Below are positions 1 to 11,894 of a stretch of DNA of 64,000 nucleotides, piece by piece. The translations under genes and the position numbers were made by a program. The stretch is from assembly GCA_907165135.1 (NCBI GenBank), contig OU015569.1, forward strand, positions 11,532,001 to 11,596,000, in the 5' to 3' direction. Numbering within the stretch: the first letter of the stretch is position 1; each line of letters begins with the position of its first letter. A model generated the notes under the pieces. It saw nothing but the letters and a program-made list of their open reading frames with translations, was not told the DNA's origin and ran no database searches. Source of the DNA: Oikopleura dioica. Lineage: Eukaryota; Animalia; Chordata.

Positions 1-1944
1 ACTCTGTGTCTGATTCGTTTTATTATTTTTATTTTTTCCTCCGCGTCAAATTCATTTTATTAAAAAAAGCGTCGCTTTCGGGGCACCATCTAAAATGACC
101 CTAAGAGCTGTTCTAAGGGACTCCTCTCACTCCTTTTCAAATCTACCCGGTCTTGTTTACTTCTATACGCCCTGTTCATAAACCTGCCGTAAAAATCTCT
201 CTCTGGTTCAATTCAATGAGCTGAAGTTACAATCACATTAAACCTCTCCTAACAAATTCGAAGCAAACTTACAGTCGACTTACAGCTGTTAAAAAAACCA
301 CCCATCCACCCTGCCAGCAAACTTTTTTTTCGTTCTTTCGTTCTCGTTTTTTCCAAAACATTTTTAAATTTGAATTGTATACCCTTAATTCCGCGTAATC
401 AGCGTAATCGGCTCCACGCTCGAAATTGAGGTAGAAATCAACGAAGAGTATCTCCATCGTGAGAGATCCTTCAGGTCTATTTTCCACCCTAGATCTAATT
501 AGGGTCCCTTGATTCGCTACTTACTGACTTGATACTGTTCCTGGCGAAATAAGGGCCCTAGAAAGTTGCCCTCTTCTCTCACAAAAAGCGTGTCCGAGTT
601 GCTCTGTAAATTAAATCAGCGCTCAACTCCAAAAGTTTCCGATTTTTGTGACTTTTAGCTCAAAAGATAGATTCTTAAATTCGATGTCAATACTGCCGCA
701 TATTATTTTCCGAAAAATATTGACCCCCTTCGTTCTTATTTTTTATCGATGATTTGGTTAAATGATGGTTAATTCTATTTCTAGTTTTGCACTTAAAGTT
801 AGCGACTTATTTTAATTAGGCTGATCAATTTGAATTAATTTTGAAACAAAAAAGATCATTGAAAATAAATCATGAAAAAAATCAAAAAACAAGAAATGTT
901 GAAATGACTTGGTAAAGAAGTCTTGTTCTTTCAAAATTTCATTCATTTTATTCAAATGCAGGAATTTATTCAGTTATAAGGAGCAGATGATCCTGTCTTC
1001 GTTATCGGAACCAGAGTTCGAAATCTTTGGGAGCACGGAGGGAGCAGGAGCAGAGACTCTTTTTTTGACGCGATATATTGTCTCTTTCAGGGCTCTAAAT
1101 CTGAGGCAAAAATCAAAATCCGGTCTGGTCTCTTTCTATAAAACCGCTCGGCCTAAAAATGAAAATGAATAATTCAATAAAATTAAGATCGTTCTCACTT
1201 ACCTTTGCATCTTCTCTTTCCCTGGTGAGCCTTTAGTCTATAACGCTCGTAGAACGCATAGCCACAGATTTCACAGGTAAATCGTTTTTCCTTCGTATGG
1301 AATTCCTTCGTATTTTCTATAAAAAACAAAGAGCAGTAGACTGCCTTTACAAGCAGTTAACTGCTCCTTTTTCTTTATTTTTGGTTCATTTTATAAATAT
1401 GAACTTATACGAATCCGATTTCTTTATATCCTCCTTCGCAGCTGGATCCAACCAGCTGTGGCGAATACATCCTAATTACTCGTCTTTGGTCGGGCAAATC
1501 TTTTAGATTTAATATTGATTGATCTTGAAGCTTTGAAATTGACTTTCTTGAGAAATAATAAAAATGATGAATATTCCCACTCTGATCCCTTGAAGTAAAA
1601 GGAAGTGTTAACTACGTCCTTGATCATGAAACTTGTGGCTTCCCTTGAGTCTGGCACGCCTCTTTTTCGTAGCTTGGGAGTGTTCTAGGATGCATTTCGC
1701 AATCTGGCAGCAGCATCGTTTTTCAATGTTGATAAAAAGGCATTTGTAAAGCCAGGACAGCCCATTATGGCTTTGGCTGGTGCTATTATCTCTTCCACTC
1801 TGGATCTAAACGCCCCTCGATATTTCTTTGTTGCATCACTCTATCAAAAAACAGATTAATTCTATTCATCAAACTCAAAAAAGAAAGACAGAGCAAATCG
1901 CCTCAGAGCAGAATCATGACTGAAGAGCCCAGAAAAGGTTTGAT
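1..1944. repeat. Tandem segmental duplication, copy 1 (visible part); matches 3480-5684
   Basis: 1-~1050 matches 3480-~4520 and ~1320-1944 matches ~5045-5684, with scattered substitutions and small indels. The intervening segments differ. Both copies end at AGAAAAGGTTTGAT. Confidence 0.95.
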
Positions 1945-2086
1945 CGAGCGCGAGGGAATGGACAGATAGAGAGCAATGAGAATCGAGTAGTTTTCCGTTC
2001 TCGTCACTACTAGCGCGCGCGTTTCCGCTCTTCCGCCTTCGTTTTTTTCTTTCGCTATTTTCTCACGTGATCAACCCCTGTAACAG

Positions 2087-2742
2087 CAAAATTTGTACGG
2101 GCGACTTTGGCCAGATGAAAACTTTGCCGTTTCGCATGATAAGCGTGGTATTCTTTCAATGGCTAATAAGGGACCCAACACCAATGGCAGTCAGTTCTTC
2201 ATTACTTTAGACAAGCGGCAAGATTTAGTTAAGGGTTACAGATCAAGACTCGGCTACCCTTGTAGAAACCTGAGTCAGGGTTCCGGAAGATCTTTTTAAA
2301 ATGGCTAACTGAGCTGCTTTTAATTAGAGATCTTTCGGAGCCCTGACTCAGTTTTTTACACACGTTGCCAAGCCGAGTTGCGGATATTTTTTTCTTATAA
2401 TCTCTTCAAATCAAAAATTAAAAGAAAAATTTTTTTGTCGACGCGAGGCCCTTAAGATTCCAAGAAAAATTTCTAAGATCAAAGGGGCTTGGGCCGATAT
2501 TTTATAGATTTTTGGGTCTAAGTCTAATTATTGATCTATTTTCGAGAAATGGTTTTAATATTAACTGCGCTTGAGACTAAGCTTGGTCGAGTAACCCGCT
2601 CTCAGATGGTGCGCATGTCGCTTTCGGCGAAGTGATAGACGGCCACGACGTACTCGATATTATTGAGGCAACAGGAGTGCCCGGCAGAGAGACCGGCCGC
2701 CCCAGTATGCTCGTCACTGTTTCTAACTCTGGTCTGCTTTGA
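2087..2742 (+). pseudogene. Cyclophilin-type PPIase, 3' half only (exons ~2087-2228 and 2606-2742)
   Basis: Translates to [10 protein letters not shown]...[27 protein letters not shown]|DGAHVAFGEVIDG, the cyclophilin C-terminal motifs. No N-terminal exons were found upstream. The donor needed to keep the LDG motif reads TTAAGG rather than GTAAGG. Confidence 0.8.
2249..2377. mobile_element. MITE family A (CTCGGCAACCTGTG...CACAGGTTGCCGAG type), degenerate copy in the cyclophilin intron
   Basis: Inverted arms AAACCTGAGTCAGGGTTCCGGAAGATCT / AGATCTTTCGGAGCCCTGACTCAG. Related copies lie at 38693, 40038 and 41791. Confidence 0.75.
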
Positions 2743-2837
2743 TTGGAACTCTCGTTATTTTTAAACTTTCCTTATTCTTATTTTAACAATTTGGCGTTTT
2801 CAGACTGAGTAATTCTCCCAACACACTTCTCGTAAAA

Positions 2838-3384
2838 ATGTCCGCCGTCGAGGAAGCCAAGACCGTCCCCACCACCGAAACCGTTGAAGAGTTGAAAGAA
2901 CAACAAAAACAAGGTAGAATTCATATCCAACCTCAGCATACTGAGAAGTAAACCTGGCATTACAGACCATTCATTTGAAAACCACTCTTCCTTGATTTCA
3001 ATTGATAGAAAATTTTTGTAGAAAATGGCAAAGCCGTGGAAGCATCAGGCGCAGCTGTGGAAGCAGTGAAAGAAGCGGCAACGGAAGAGGAGAAGCCCGC
3101 TGAACCCGCCGCCGAGGCAGAAGCGAAAGAAGAAGAAAAAGCGGAGGAAAAGGTCGAGGACGCTCCCAAAGAAGAAGAAAAGACGGAAGAAGCCGCCAAA
3201 GAGGAAGAAAAGTCCGAAGAAAAGGCTGAAAATGGCGACAAAGCCGGTAAGAAACACTTTCATGAAGAAAATGGGGGAGTTTTCCTCAAACAAAATTGAA
3301 TGCTCGTATTGACGGTTTTTAGGCGAGAAGCGCAAGGCAGAAAGCAAGGACGAGGACGAGCCAGCCGAGAAGAAGGCCGAGTAG
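2838..3384 (+). CDS. Small acidic E/K/A-rich disordered protein, prothymosin/parathymosin-like (exons 2838-2913, 3022-3246, 3323-3384)
   Basis: GT-AG introns with matching phases give MSAVEEAKTVPTTETVEELKEQQKQENGK...GEKRKAESKDEDEPAEKKAE*. The family call rests only on architecture (short N-terminus, acidic core, C-terminal KRKAE). Confidence 0.7.
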
Positions 3385-3479
3385 ACTAGCGAGCATCAAC
3401 GCCAGTGCCAGTAATTCCAGGCCCCTCAATTATAAAACAACACCTCCCCTCCCCCTATTTCTAAACCCACCCTGATCGT

Positions 3480-5684
3480 ACTCTGTGTCTGATTCGTTTT
3501 ATTATTTTTATTTTTCCTCCGCGTCAAATTCATTTTATTAAAAAAAGCGTCGCTTTCGGGGCACCATCTAAAATGACCCTAAGAGCTGTTCTAAGGGACT
3601 CCTCTCACTCCTTTTCAATTCTCTCAATCTGAATCTACCCGGTCTTGTTTACTTCTATACGCCCTGTTCATAAACCTGCCGTAAAAATCTCTCTCTGGTT
3701 CAATTCAATGAGCTGAAGTTACAATCACAGTAAACCTCTCCTAACAAATTCGAAGCAAACTTACAGTCGACTTACAGCTGTTAAAAAAACCACCCATCCA
3801 CCCTGCCAGCAAACTTTTTCGTTCTTTCGTTCTCGTTTTTTCCAAAACATTTTTAAATTTGAATTGTATACCCTTAATTCCGCGTAATCAGCGTAATCGG
3901 CTCCACGCAAAATTGAGGGAGAAATCAACGAGGAGTATCTCCATTGTGGGAGATCGTTCAGGTCTACTTTCCACCCTAGATCTAATTAGGGACCCTTGAT
4001 TCGCTACTTACTGACTTGATACTGTTCCTGGCGAAACAAGGGCCCTAGAAAGTTGCTCTCTTCTCTCACAAAAAGCGTGTCCGAGTTGCTCTGTAAATTA
4101 AATCAGCGCTCAACTCCAAAAGTTTCCGATTTTTGTGACTTTTAGCTCAAAAGATAGATTCTTAAATTCGATGTCAATACTGCCGCATATTATTTTCCGA
4201 AAAATATTGACCCCCTTCGTTCTTATTTTTTATCGATGATTTGGTTAAATGATGGTTAATTCTATTTCTAGTTTTGCACTTAAAGTTAGCGACTTATTTT
4301 AATTAGGCTGATCAATTTGAATTAATTTTGAAACAAAAAAGATCATTGAAAATAAATCATGAAAAAAATCAAAAAACAAGAAATGTTGAAATGACAGTGT
4401 TCTTTCAAAATTTCACTCTTTTATTCAAATGCAGGAATTTATTCAGTTATCAGGAGCAGATGATCCTGTCTTCGTTATCGGAACCAGAGTTCGAAATCTT
4501 TGAGAACGGAAGGAGCAGGAGCACAGGTTTCTGGGGCTTAGATCTCCCAATTAACCCGTTAACTGGGCATCCGATCTTATGCGTTAACGGGCGCGTGGCT
4601 GTCTTTTTTGAGTGTGGTGCGAAGTGGGATTTTTTTGGTGTTTATAGAATATGTTTCTTTTCCTGAGTCTCGATTTTAAATTTGTCAGGCACTGTGCGAT
4701 CCGTACTAAGGGGCCTGAGTCAGCCTTTGGTTGCCGTGCCCATGCCCCTACCTTTACCGGCAAAATCTTTAACGCGAATACAACGTGGAGCCAGCTGAAA
4801 AGGTGAGGTGAGTGAAGTGATAATAATTCACTATTGATCACTTTCGAAAAAGTGCACCCTAAAGTGAGGTGATTTGGAACCCTGATTTAAACTAACGGGC
4901 TCAAAAGTCTCAAATAAAATTGGAATATAGGATTCGTCTAACGCGGTTTTATAAACAAAAGACTTTTTTTCCTATTATAATTTCATTTATTAAGTTATTT
5001 TGTAGTACAGTATTCACATGGAACACAGTAATACTCATAATGTTAAAAAACACAGAGCAGTAGACGACCTTTACAAGCAGTTTACTGCTCCTTTTTCTTT
5101 AATTTTGGTTCATTTTATAAATATGGAACTTATACGAATCCGATTTCTTTATATACTCCTTCGCAGCTGGATCCAACCAGCTGTGGCGAATACATCCTAA
5201 TTACTCCTCTTTGGTCGGGCAAATCTTTTAGATTTAATATTGATTGATCTTGAAGCTTTGAAATTGTCAATTTCAAATTGACTTTCTTGAGAAATAATAA
5301 AGATGATGAATATTCCCACTCTGATCCCCTGAAGTAAAAGGAAGTGTTAACTACGTCCTTGATCATGAAAATTGTGGCTTCCCTTGAGTCTGGCACGCCT
5401 CTTTTTCGTAGCTTGGGAGTGTTCTAGGATGCATTTCGCAATCTGGCAGCAGCATCGTTTTTCAATGTTGATAAAAAGGCATTTGTAAAGCCAGGACAGC
5501 CCATTATGGCTTTGGCTGGTGCTATTATCTCTTCCACTCTGGATCTAAACGCCCCTCGATATTTCTTTGTTGCATCACTCTATCAAAAAACAGATTAATT
5601 CTATTCATCAAACTCGAAAAAAGAAAGACAGAGCAAATCGCCTCAGAGCAGAATCATGACTGAAGAGCCCAGAAAAGGTTTGAT
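3480..5684. repeat. Tandem segmental duplication, copy 2
   Basis: Direct repeat of 1-1944. It begins inside the 3' UTR of the acidic-protein gene, so the unit probably extends left of the window. Confidence 0.95.
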
Positions 5685-5711
5685 ACAACAACTTTAGGGG
5701 GTAGTCAACTC

Positions 5712-6038
5712 CGGGTAGACATCAAGATTCGTATTTTTGAGATGAATTTTCTACCACCCTAAATAGAGTGGCAATCTTTTTTCTGCTGAAAATTAACTGC
5801 AGGGCATCATCGAGTTCCTGTTATTGAGAAAATTTATTGTTCCAAGAGTTTCACCAAAAGGGTATATTTTGAAGAGCAACCCTTACCCTAACCCTTCAAT
5901 AAAAGTATGAAGCCTGACCCTTAACCTACCCTTAGGCTTAGATCTCTTGAGTAAGGAAAGTATATTGAAGAAAAGCGCTCAATTAAGTCAAGAATGATAA
6001 GTTAGTCTCCCCGAAAATACGATCTTGATGTCTACCCG
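5712..6038. mobile_element. MITE with ~26-bp terminal inverted repeats
   Basis: CGGGTAGACATCAAGATTCGTATTTT at 5712 and AAAATACGATCTTGATGTCTACCCG ending at 6038. No clear target-site duplication. Confidence 0.7.
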
Positions 6039-6124
6039 TTGGATAAAAATTCATTGCGACTAAAGAAAAATTTTTCTGGCCAGATCATCCAGTAGTTTTT
6101 TCTTCAGAATTCAAGCGTCCGCCG

Positions 6125-9100
6125 ATGCTCAATCGCCGGATGCGCACAATGTCCAAGGAAAGAGTCGTCTCTAGAACTCCTTTCAGTAAACAAGCATAGC
6201 CTTAAACTTTGGTGTTGAGCATGAAGTGGTTTCAACTTTGCAAGGGCAAAGCAAAAAAAGTCGAAGATGAGCCCGAGCAGAGTTTTTTCGGTTCAAAATC
6301 GAACTTGAAAAGCGCTAAGAAGCAGAAACCGCAAAAGAGACAGACATATGTGAATTTCAAGAGAGACTCTCAACAGCCAGAAATCGGGCCAGAAATCAAC
6401 GAGAGAGTGAAATGGGCAGCAAACAATCGGGCACCAACACACTGCACTTCCGACTACATGAAAATCGCACAGAAAATGATGGAAACGGTAAGAACTGGAT
6501 TTATAAAATTGGCCTTTATATCTTTGCTTAGTCAACTGTCGGGGCTGAGAAATCCTCGATCTCGAGCAACGAAGACAGCGAGGACGAGTACGAAGATGGA
6601 GGCGAGGTGTTTGACATGCCACTTCAACACGCACAGGAAGAAAAGAAACGACACAGAAAAACCGTGCTCAAATCTGTGGGCGTCGACATCAACAAGAACA
6701 TCATCCATGATTTCCATCGAATTCAAATTACTGGACAAGTACGCGGCTTTTGACTTTCTCGGTTGCTAAAAGGATTTTTTAGAGGGACGAAAACAGCAAG
6801 GACTACAAAACTGCTTCTGGATTGATTTTGGATGCTCTGCGGCTTCGGGAAAAATATGCGGCTATGGCTGGTCAATCTTATCATCCAACAACCTCCAGGC
6901 AGAGTTTCAAATATTCAGCTCGAGCTTAGCAAGAACTACAGCTCATTTGCAACTCTTCGATCAGATGGCTCCGACGAGTCGAAGGAGGAAAACCAGAGCA
7001 GCACTATGAACGAATCATCGCCGAGCGAGTAAGTTCAGCACACAAAGTTCAATCCTTGTAAATTTGTAATTGCAAACAGCGATTATTTAAATTTTACTAG
7101 AATTTCTCAGTCGACGGGAGTTACGAGCAGCCCTACATTGGCGATTGGAAGCAAGGGATCAAGCCCAATCTCAACTGGAGCTTCAAAATGCGCAATGGAA
7201 CGCTGGAGATTTACTCTTCCGAAGAAGACATGGAGGTGGGTGCGGCTAGCGACGATTTCATTTATCCAGATGTTCACGAATTCGTCGAAGATCAAGCTCT
7301 TGTTATGGCGATGATGGCGAACGGCCCGTGCAAGACATTTTGCTACGAACGGCTTACTGTAAGTTTCGACATATAACAAGAAAACAACGCTTGAAATTGT
7401 AGTACTTGGAAGGCAAATTCAAACTGCACGAATTGATGAATGGCGCTTCCGAAAAACTGCTCAAAAGGAATGCCCCCATCGCGATTTTTACAACTGTCGC
7501 AAGGTCGACACTCATATTCACGCGTCTGCTTGCATGAATCAAAAGCATCTGCTCAAGTTTATCAAGAAAACGCTAGAAGAAGACGCCAACAGAAAAGTCT
7601 GCATCGACAAGGCCTCTGGAGATGAGCTCACTTTGTCTCAAGGTAATTTCATTTTCTCGGAAAATAGTTGGCGCAAACGATAATTGTACGAGGAAAATTG
7701 ATTAGTTGATTGAAAAAATATTTTAAGTGTTTTCTCAATTGAACGTAAACGCGTACGATTTGACCGTCGACTCTCTCGATTGCCATGCCGATCGCAACAT
7801 CTACCACCGCTTCGACAACTTCAACGCAAAATACAACCCAATGGGCGTCGGTCTCCTCCGAGAAATCTACATCAAGACGAACAATTTCATCCAGGGAGAA
7901 TACTTTGCCGAAATTATCAAAGAAATGATGCGCGATTTGGAGGCGCAAAAGTACGTTTTCGCCGAACTACGATTGTCGGTTTATGGCGTTTCTTACAACG
8001 AGTTCTCCGACTTGGCAAAATGGGCTGTCAATCATAACGTAAAATAAGCGCTAGAAACAGAGCTGATCATTCATTAGGTCTATTCCCCGCATGTTCGCTG
8101 GCTAATCCAGGTTCCTCGAATTTACGACATCATTTCCAAATCCGGCAAAATCGCCAACTTCGGCGAATATTTGAACAACGTTTTCACCCCCGTTTTGGAA
8201 GCTTCAATCAACCCACAGAATCACCCCGAGCTGGCCAAGTTCTTGGAACATGTTTCCGGATTCGACTCTGTCGACGATGAGTCAAAGCCCGAGTCGCATT
8301 TCTTCTCCAATGATACTGTAATCTCTCCCATCAATAGTGTTAAATTCAAAAACTAGTTCAGCCGAATCCCGAGAACTGGACGCAGCGAGAAAATCCGCCA
8401 TATTCTTATTACCAGTGGTACATGTTCGCCAACATTTCTGTCATCAACCAGGTACAGTAGTTTCTACTACAGGCCTTTTTAACCGACTTCTTAGGTCCGA
8501 AAAAGTAGGGGGATGAACACTTTCAACTTGCGCCCGCATTGTGGAGAAGCAGGAGCATTCCATCATCTTTGGTAAGTTTACATCGGCTCAAATTGCAGCT
8601 ACTGCAACTCATTACTTACTAGCACGGCATTCCTTCTCGCTGAAAACATTGCTCACGGTCTCAATTTGAAAAAGGTCCCTGTCATGGAGTACCTCTACTA
8701 TCTTGGTAAGCAACCGAGTTCGATCCCTTCCTCAATTATTTTCCAAGCTCAAGTTGGAATTTGCATGTCGCCCTTGTCAAACAACCATCTCTTCTTGGAC
8801 TACCAAAAGTCACCACTTGGTAAAAACGGCTTCGAAGCTTCGATTTTAAAGTAAAACTTCAGAGAGCTACTTGAGAAGAGGGCTGAATATTTCGCTTTCG
8901 ACAGATGATCCGCTGCAATTTCACTTTACAAAAGAGCCCTTGATGGAAGAATATTCCATCGCAGCACAAGGTATGAACCGTTTTCTTGTTCTTTGCCAAG
9001 CAATCTCTATCTAGTCTGGAAACTGGCGGGAGTAGACATGTGCGAGATCGCCCGCAACTCTTGCTACCACTCCGGCTTCGATCAAAAAACAAAAGCCTAC

Positions 9101-9291
9101 TGGCTTGGAGAGAATTTCAACTCGGAAGGGATCAACGGCAACGATCCGAGAAAAACAAATGTGCCGGATATTCGACTGCAGTATCGATACGAGGTAATCA
9201 TTTTCAAAAAGCATTATCCACAACCTAATTTTTAAAGACGCTAGTTGCTGAGCTGGAACACGCGCTGAGTCCGATGATGCCAAAGAAGTAG
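6125..9291 (+). CDS. AMPD: AMP deaminase (multi-exon; 5' end approximate; apparent 1-nt frameshift at 7452-7456)
   Basis: Spliced exons give [73 protein letters not shown] and [21 protein letters not shown]. Confidence 0.95.
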
Positions 9292-9963
9292 CGAAAAAAA
9301 GAGACAAGGAAGATAAAATTACGGACAAACAGTTATTTATAACATGCCTGAACAACTTGCCGCACTTTGCTTGAACAATGAACACTATTTAAATAAAAAA
9401 GCATGAGCATTAATATTTTTAATTTTCAAAAATGTGACGAGTTTTATTGAAAAGTAGAACGTATTACTGATGCTACAAGTAAGGGGCTGTAGGATTGAAT
9501 GATTGAAAACAATTTTTTAACAGATTTTCGGGCGTTTTATGGAACTTTCAAGAAGAGCTAAAATTTTTCGTAAAGTCGATATCGTTACAAAAAAATCCTT
9601 TTTTTGGAATCAAGGAAGAGAACCATAATTTGCCTACGAGACTACTTGGCAGCGCCTACGCTTGGTTGTGACTCGCGAGTATAAGCGAACCATTGCCCGC
9701 TTGAATTTTGACTCGAAAAACGTCGCAATTTCATTTCGAAAAAAGAGCCCCAGGCGCGTGCGCTGGAAAATTTCTCAGAGCAGGATTTTAAAATTTGGAT
9801 CTATTGAAGATTGACTTACAGTGAAATTCTAGCAGATCTTTTTCGTAAACTTGAAAAAAATTCTAGAGTCAAGTTAATTTGAAGCCGAGTTCATTTTAAA
9901 AAATTTCGTCGTTTTTTCCTTTTGAAGCGATTGAAACTGGCGTTTTCTAGCATCTCCTTCACC

Positions 9964-10045
9964 GCGAGTTTGTCCGAGTGGTTAAGGAGTCTGACTCGAA
10001 ATCAGATGGGCTCTGCCCGCACAGGTTCGAATCCTGTAGCTCGCG
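9964..10045 (+). tRNA. tRNA-Ser, anticodon CGA
   Basis: Acceptor GCGAGTT/AGCTCGC, anticodon arm TCTGA-CTCGAAA-TCAGA, long variable arm, T arm ACAGG-TTCGAAT-CCTGT, and a T5 terminator at 10049-10053. Confidence 0.95.
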
Positions 10046-10474
10046 CGCTTTTTCTAGCGCCAGATAGAAGGGATTCGCCTTTTTAGCGCTCTCAAGCTAA
10101 AATGAAAAGCCGCGTGGCGGCATTTTTAAAAACGAAGCCGCGGCGCGGCTATGTCAAAATTATCTTTTTGATGTTTTCTAACCTGACTTAGGTTTTCTTT
10201 TTTGCAGTAAAAGCTACAGTAAGAGCGCTTCCTGAATTACAGACACTTTCACCGGCGTCTGCTTCATGTCGGTTTCCATCTTCGCCAAGGCCTTCTCCAC
10301 TCGTTTTCCTCAAAGTCTTTTAATCAAATCAATTTCTTCAATTAATTGAATCAGAATCTATGATTTCAGAGCCTTGACAAGAATCCACAAATGTTTCATC
10401 AAACTTATTTCTTATTTCAAGAGACTGTAACTAACAGTCGTTAAAACGATCTAATAATAAATGATTCGACAAAG

Positions 10475-11451
10475 GGGTAGTCCACTTTGTGTCGGGGTCA
10501 AAACTTCGCAGCTGGAAAGAACGGGCAGGATCTCCAGCGGAGCAAATAGGATGCAAGGGCTCGCCGATATGTGCGAAGTCCTGCAGAGACTGCTCTCAGC
10601 GCAAAGTCAGAGCTGCACTTGGCACGAGAATTGTTAGCCATTGAGTAAATATGATCACAAAGCATATTGAGTCCAAGATCTGGATCAAGCTCAGCCGCGG
10701 ATAAGCCTAAAAATGCCCAAAAATATAAATTTGTCGCATCTTGTAGATTCCGATTGGCGTCAAAATTGTTAAATAAGCCAAGAGCACAATTTTTTTAGAA
10801 ATATTACTGCCTGTACTGAATGAACCAGCAGAAATCGGGGCAGTCATCTTTGCAATAATAACAAAATCCTGCCCTTTTCTTATTTTCTGATTTTTTTCGA
10901 TTTTTTTGTTGCTTTTATACCGAATGAATGTAGAAACTATTATATTTTCGTAAATCCATGAATTTCCTGAGAATAGGCGAAAATAAGGGTTGATTCGTTT
11001 AATAACAAGATCTTTACTTGATTATGATTGATTAATGATAACCACATTTTTCATAAAAGTAATTTTGGTACGTACGAGGCTCATTTAGTTTAAAACCGTA
11101 TTTGGGGTCTTTATAAGTCAATTTTGACACCAAAATCGGAATCTACGCCGTCGATTACCCCACTGGGCAGGATTAGACCAACTTTTATTTTTGAGTCTTT
11201 CATATCTTCACTTTTGAGGCTTATCCGCGCCTGAGCTTGATCCTGATCTTGGGCTCAATGTGCCCTGTGATCATATTTACTTAATGGCTAACACATCTCG
11301 TGCCGAGTGCAGCTCCGACTTTGCGCTGAGAGCAGTCTCTGCAGGAGTTCGCACATATCGGCGAGCCCTTGCATCCTATTTGCTCGGCTGGAGATCCTGC
11401 CCGTTTTTTCCAGGTGCGAAGTTTTGACCCCGACACAAAGTGGAGTGTGCC
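10475..11451. mobile_element. Non-autonomous Mutator-like (MULE)/foldback DNA transposon
   Basis: Perfect 9-bp TSD TCGACAAAG at 10466-10474 and 11452-11460. Imperfect TIRs of ~240 bp (10475-~10714 and ~11211-11451), with further inverted matches inside. No transposase ORF. Empty sites at 15517-15525 and 18369-18377. Confidence 0.92.
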
Positions 11452-11560
11452 TCGACAAAGTCTACTATTAATAAAACAACAAGAATAATACATGAAACCT
11501 TAATATTTTCTAAAAAAAAACTTACTCAGCAAAAACCGGTTGTTATAACCGATTGTTGTC

Positions 11561-11638
11561 GGAGAGGTAATGGCCTAAATGGTAGTACTTCCGTCTTTAA
11601 AAGCGGAAGTCCCGGGTTCGATTCCCCGCGTCTCTCCA
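11561..11638 (+). ncRNA. Degenerate tRNA-like head of repeated cassette, copy 1
   Basis: A box TGGCCTAAATGG, B box GGTTCGATTCC, GGAGAGG/TCTCTCC closing stem, anticodon-like arm with an 8-nt loop CTTTAAAA. No T-run terminator follows the 3' end. Confidence 0.8.
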
Positions 11639-11666
11639 AATTTAAAAGAATAAGATAAAAAAAGTA

Positions 11667-11894
11667 ATGATATTAAGAATGTCGGATCGAGAAAGCTTGG
11701 AAGATCCTCCATCTTTGTCGGAGTCGTCTGTTGGGTCTCTTTATCGACGTTCGCTTGACTCCATAGAGATCGAGCGATCGTCGATGAAGATACAACAAGA
11801 AGAACAACGATTGGCCGAGATGAAGAAACTCCACACGAAGATGGTGATCGACCATGAAATTAAAAAAATTAAAAAAAAAACTGAAAATAAATAA
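11667..11894 (+). CDS. 75-aa orphan ORF of the tRNA-headed cassette, copy 1
   Basis: ATG in an A-rich context ~28 nt after the tRNA-like head. The ORF is open in all three copies. The C-terminal part looks helical/coiled-coil. No family recognised. Confidence 0.45.
   Translation: MILRMSDRESLEDPPSLSESSVGSLYRRSLDSIEIERSSMKIQQEEQRLAEMKKLHTKMVIDHEIKKIKKKTENK

Noticed and set aside
1320-1944. Possible coding exons in the duplicated 1.3-1.9 kb / 5.0-5.7 kb segment
   Set aside because: Only short frames on either strand, no recognisable motif, and I could not build a consistent splice chain.
4530-4960. Possible inserted element specific to duplication copy 2
   Set aside because: Terminal inverted similarity is too weak and there is no TSD; it could equally be divergence or a deletion in copy 1.
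8316-8360. Suspected non-canonical AMPD acceptor
   Set aside because: The next AG (TTCAG|CCG) gives a canonical phase-0 junction with the expected DTPNPENW alignment.
10215-10430. Possible small minus-strand gene end (…RVEKALAKMETDMKQTPVKVSVIQEALLL*) present in three copies
   Set aside because: Needs an unproven GC donor, and no start or family could be assigned; not supportable as a feature.
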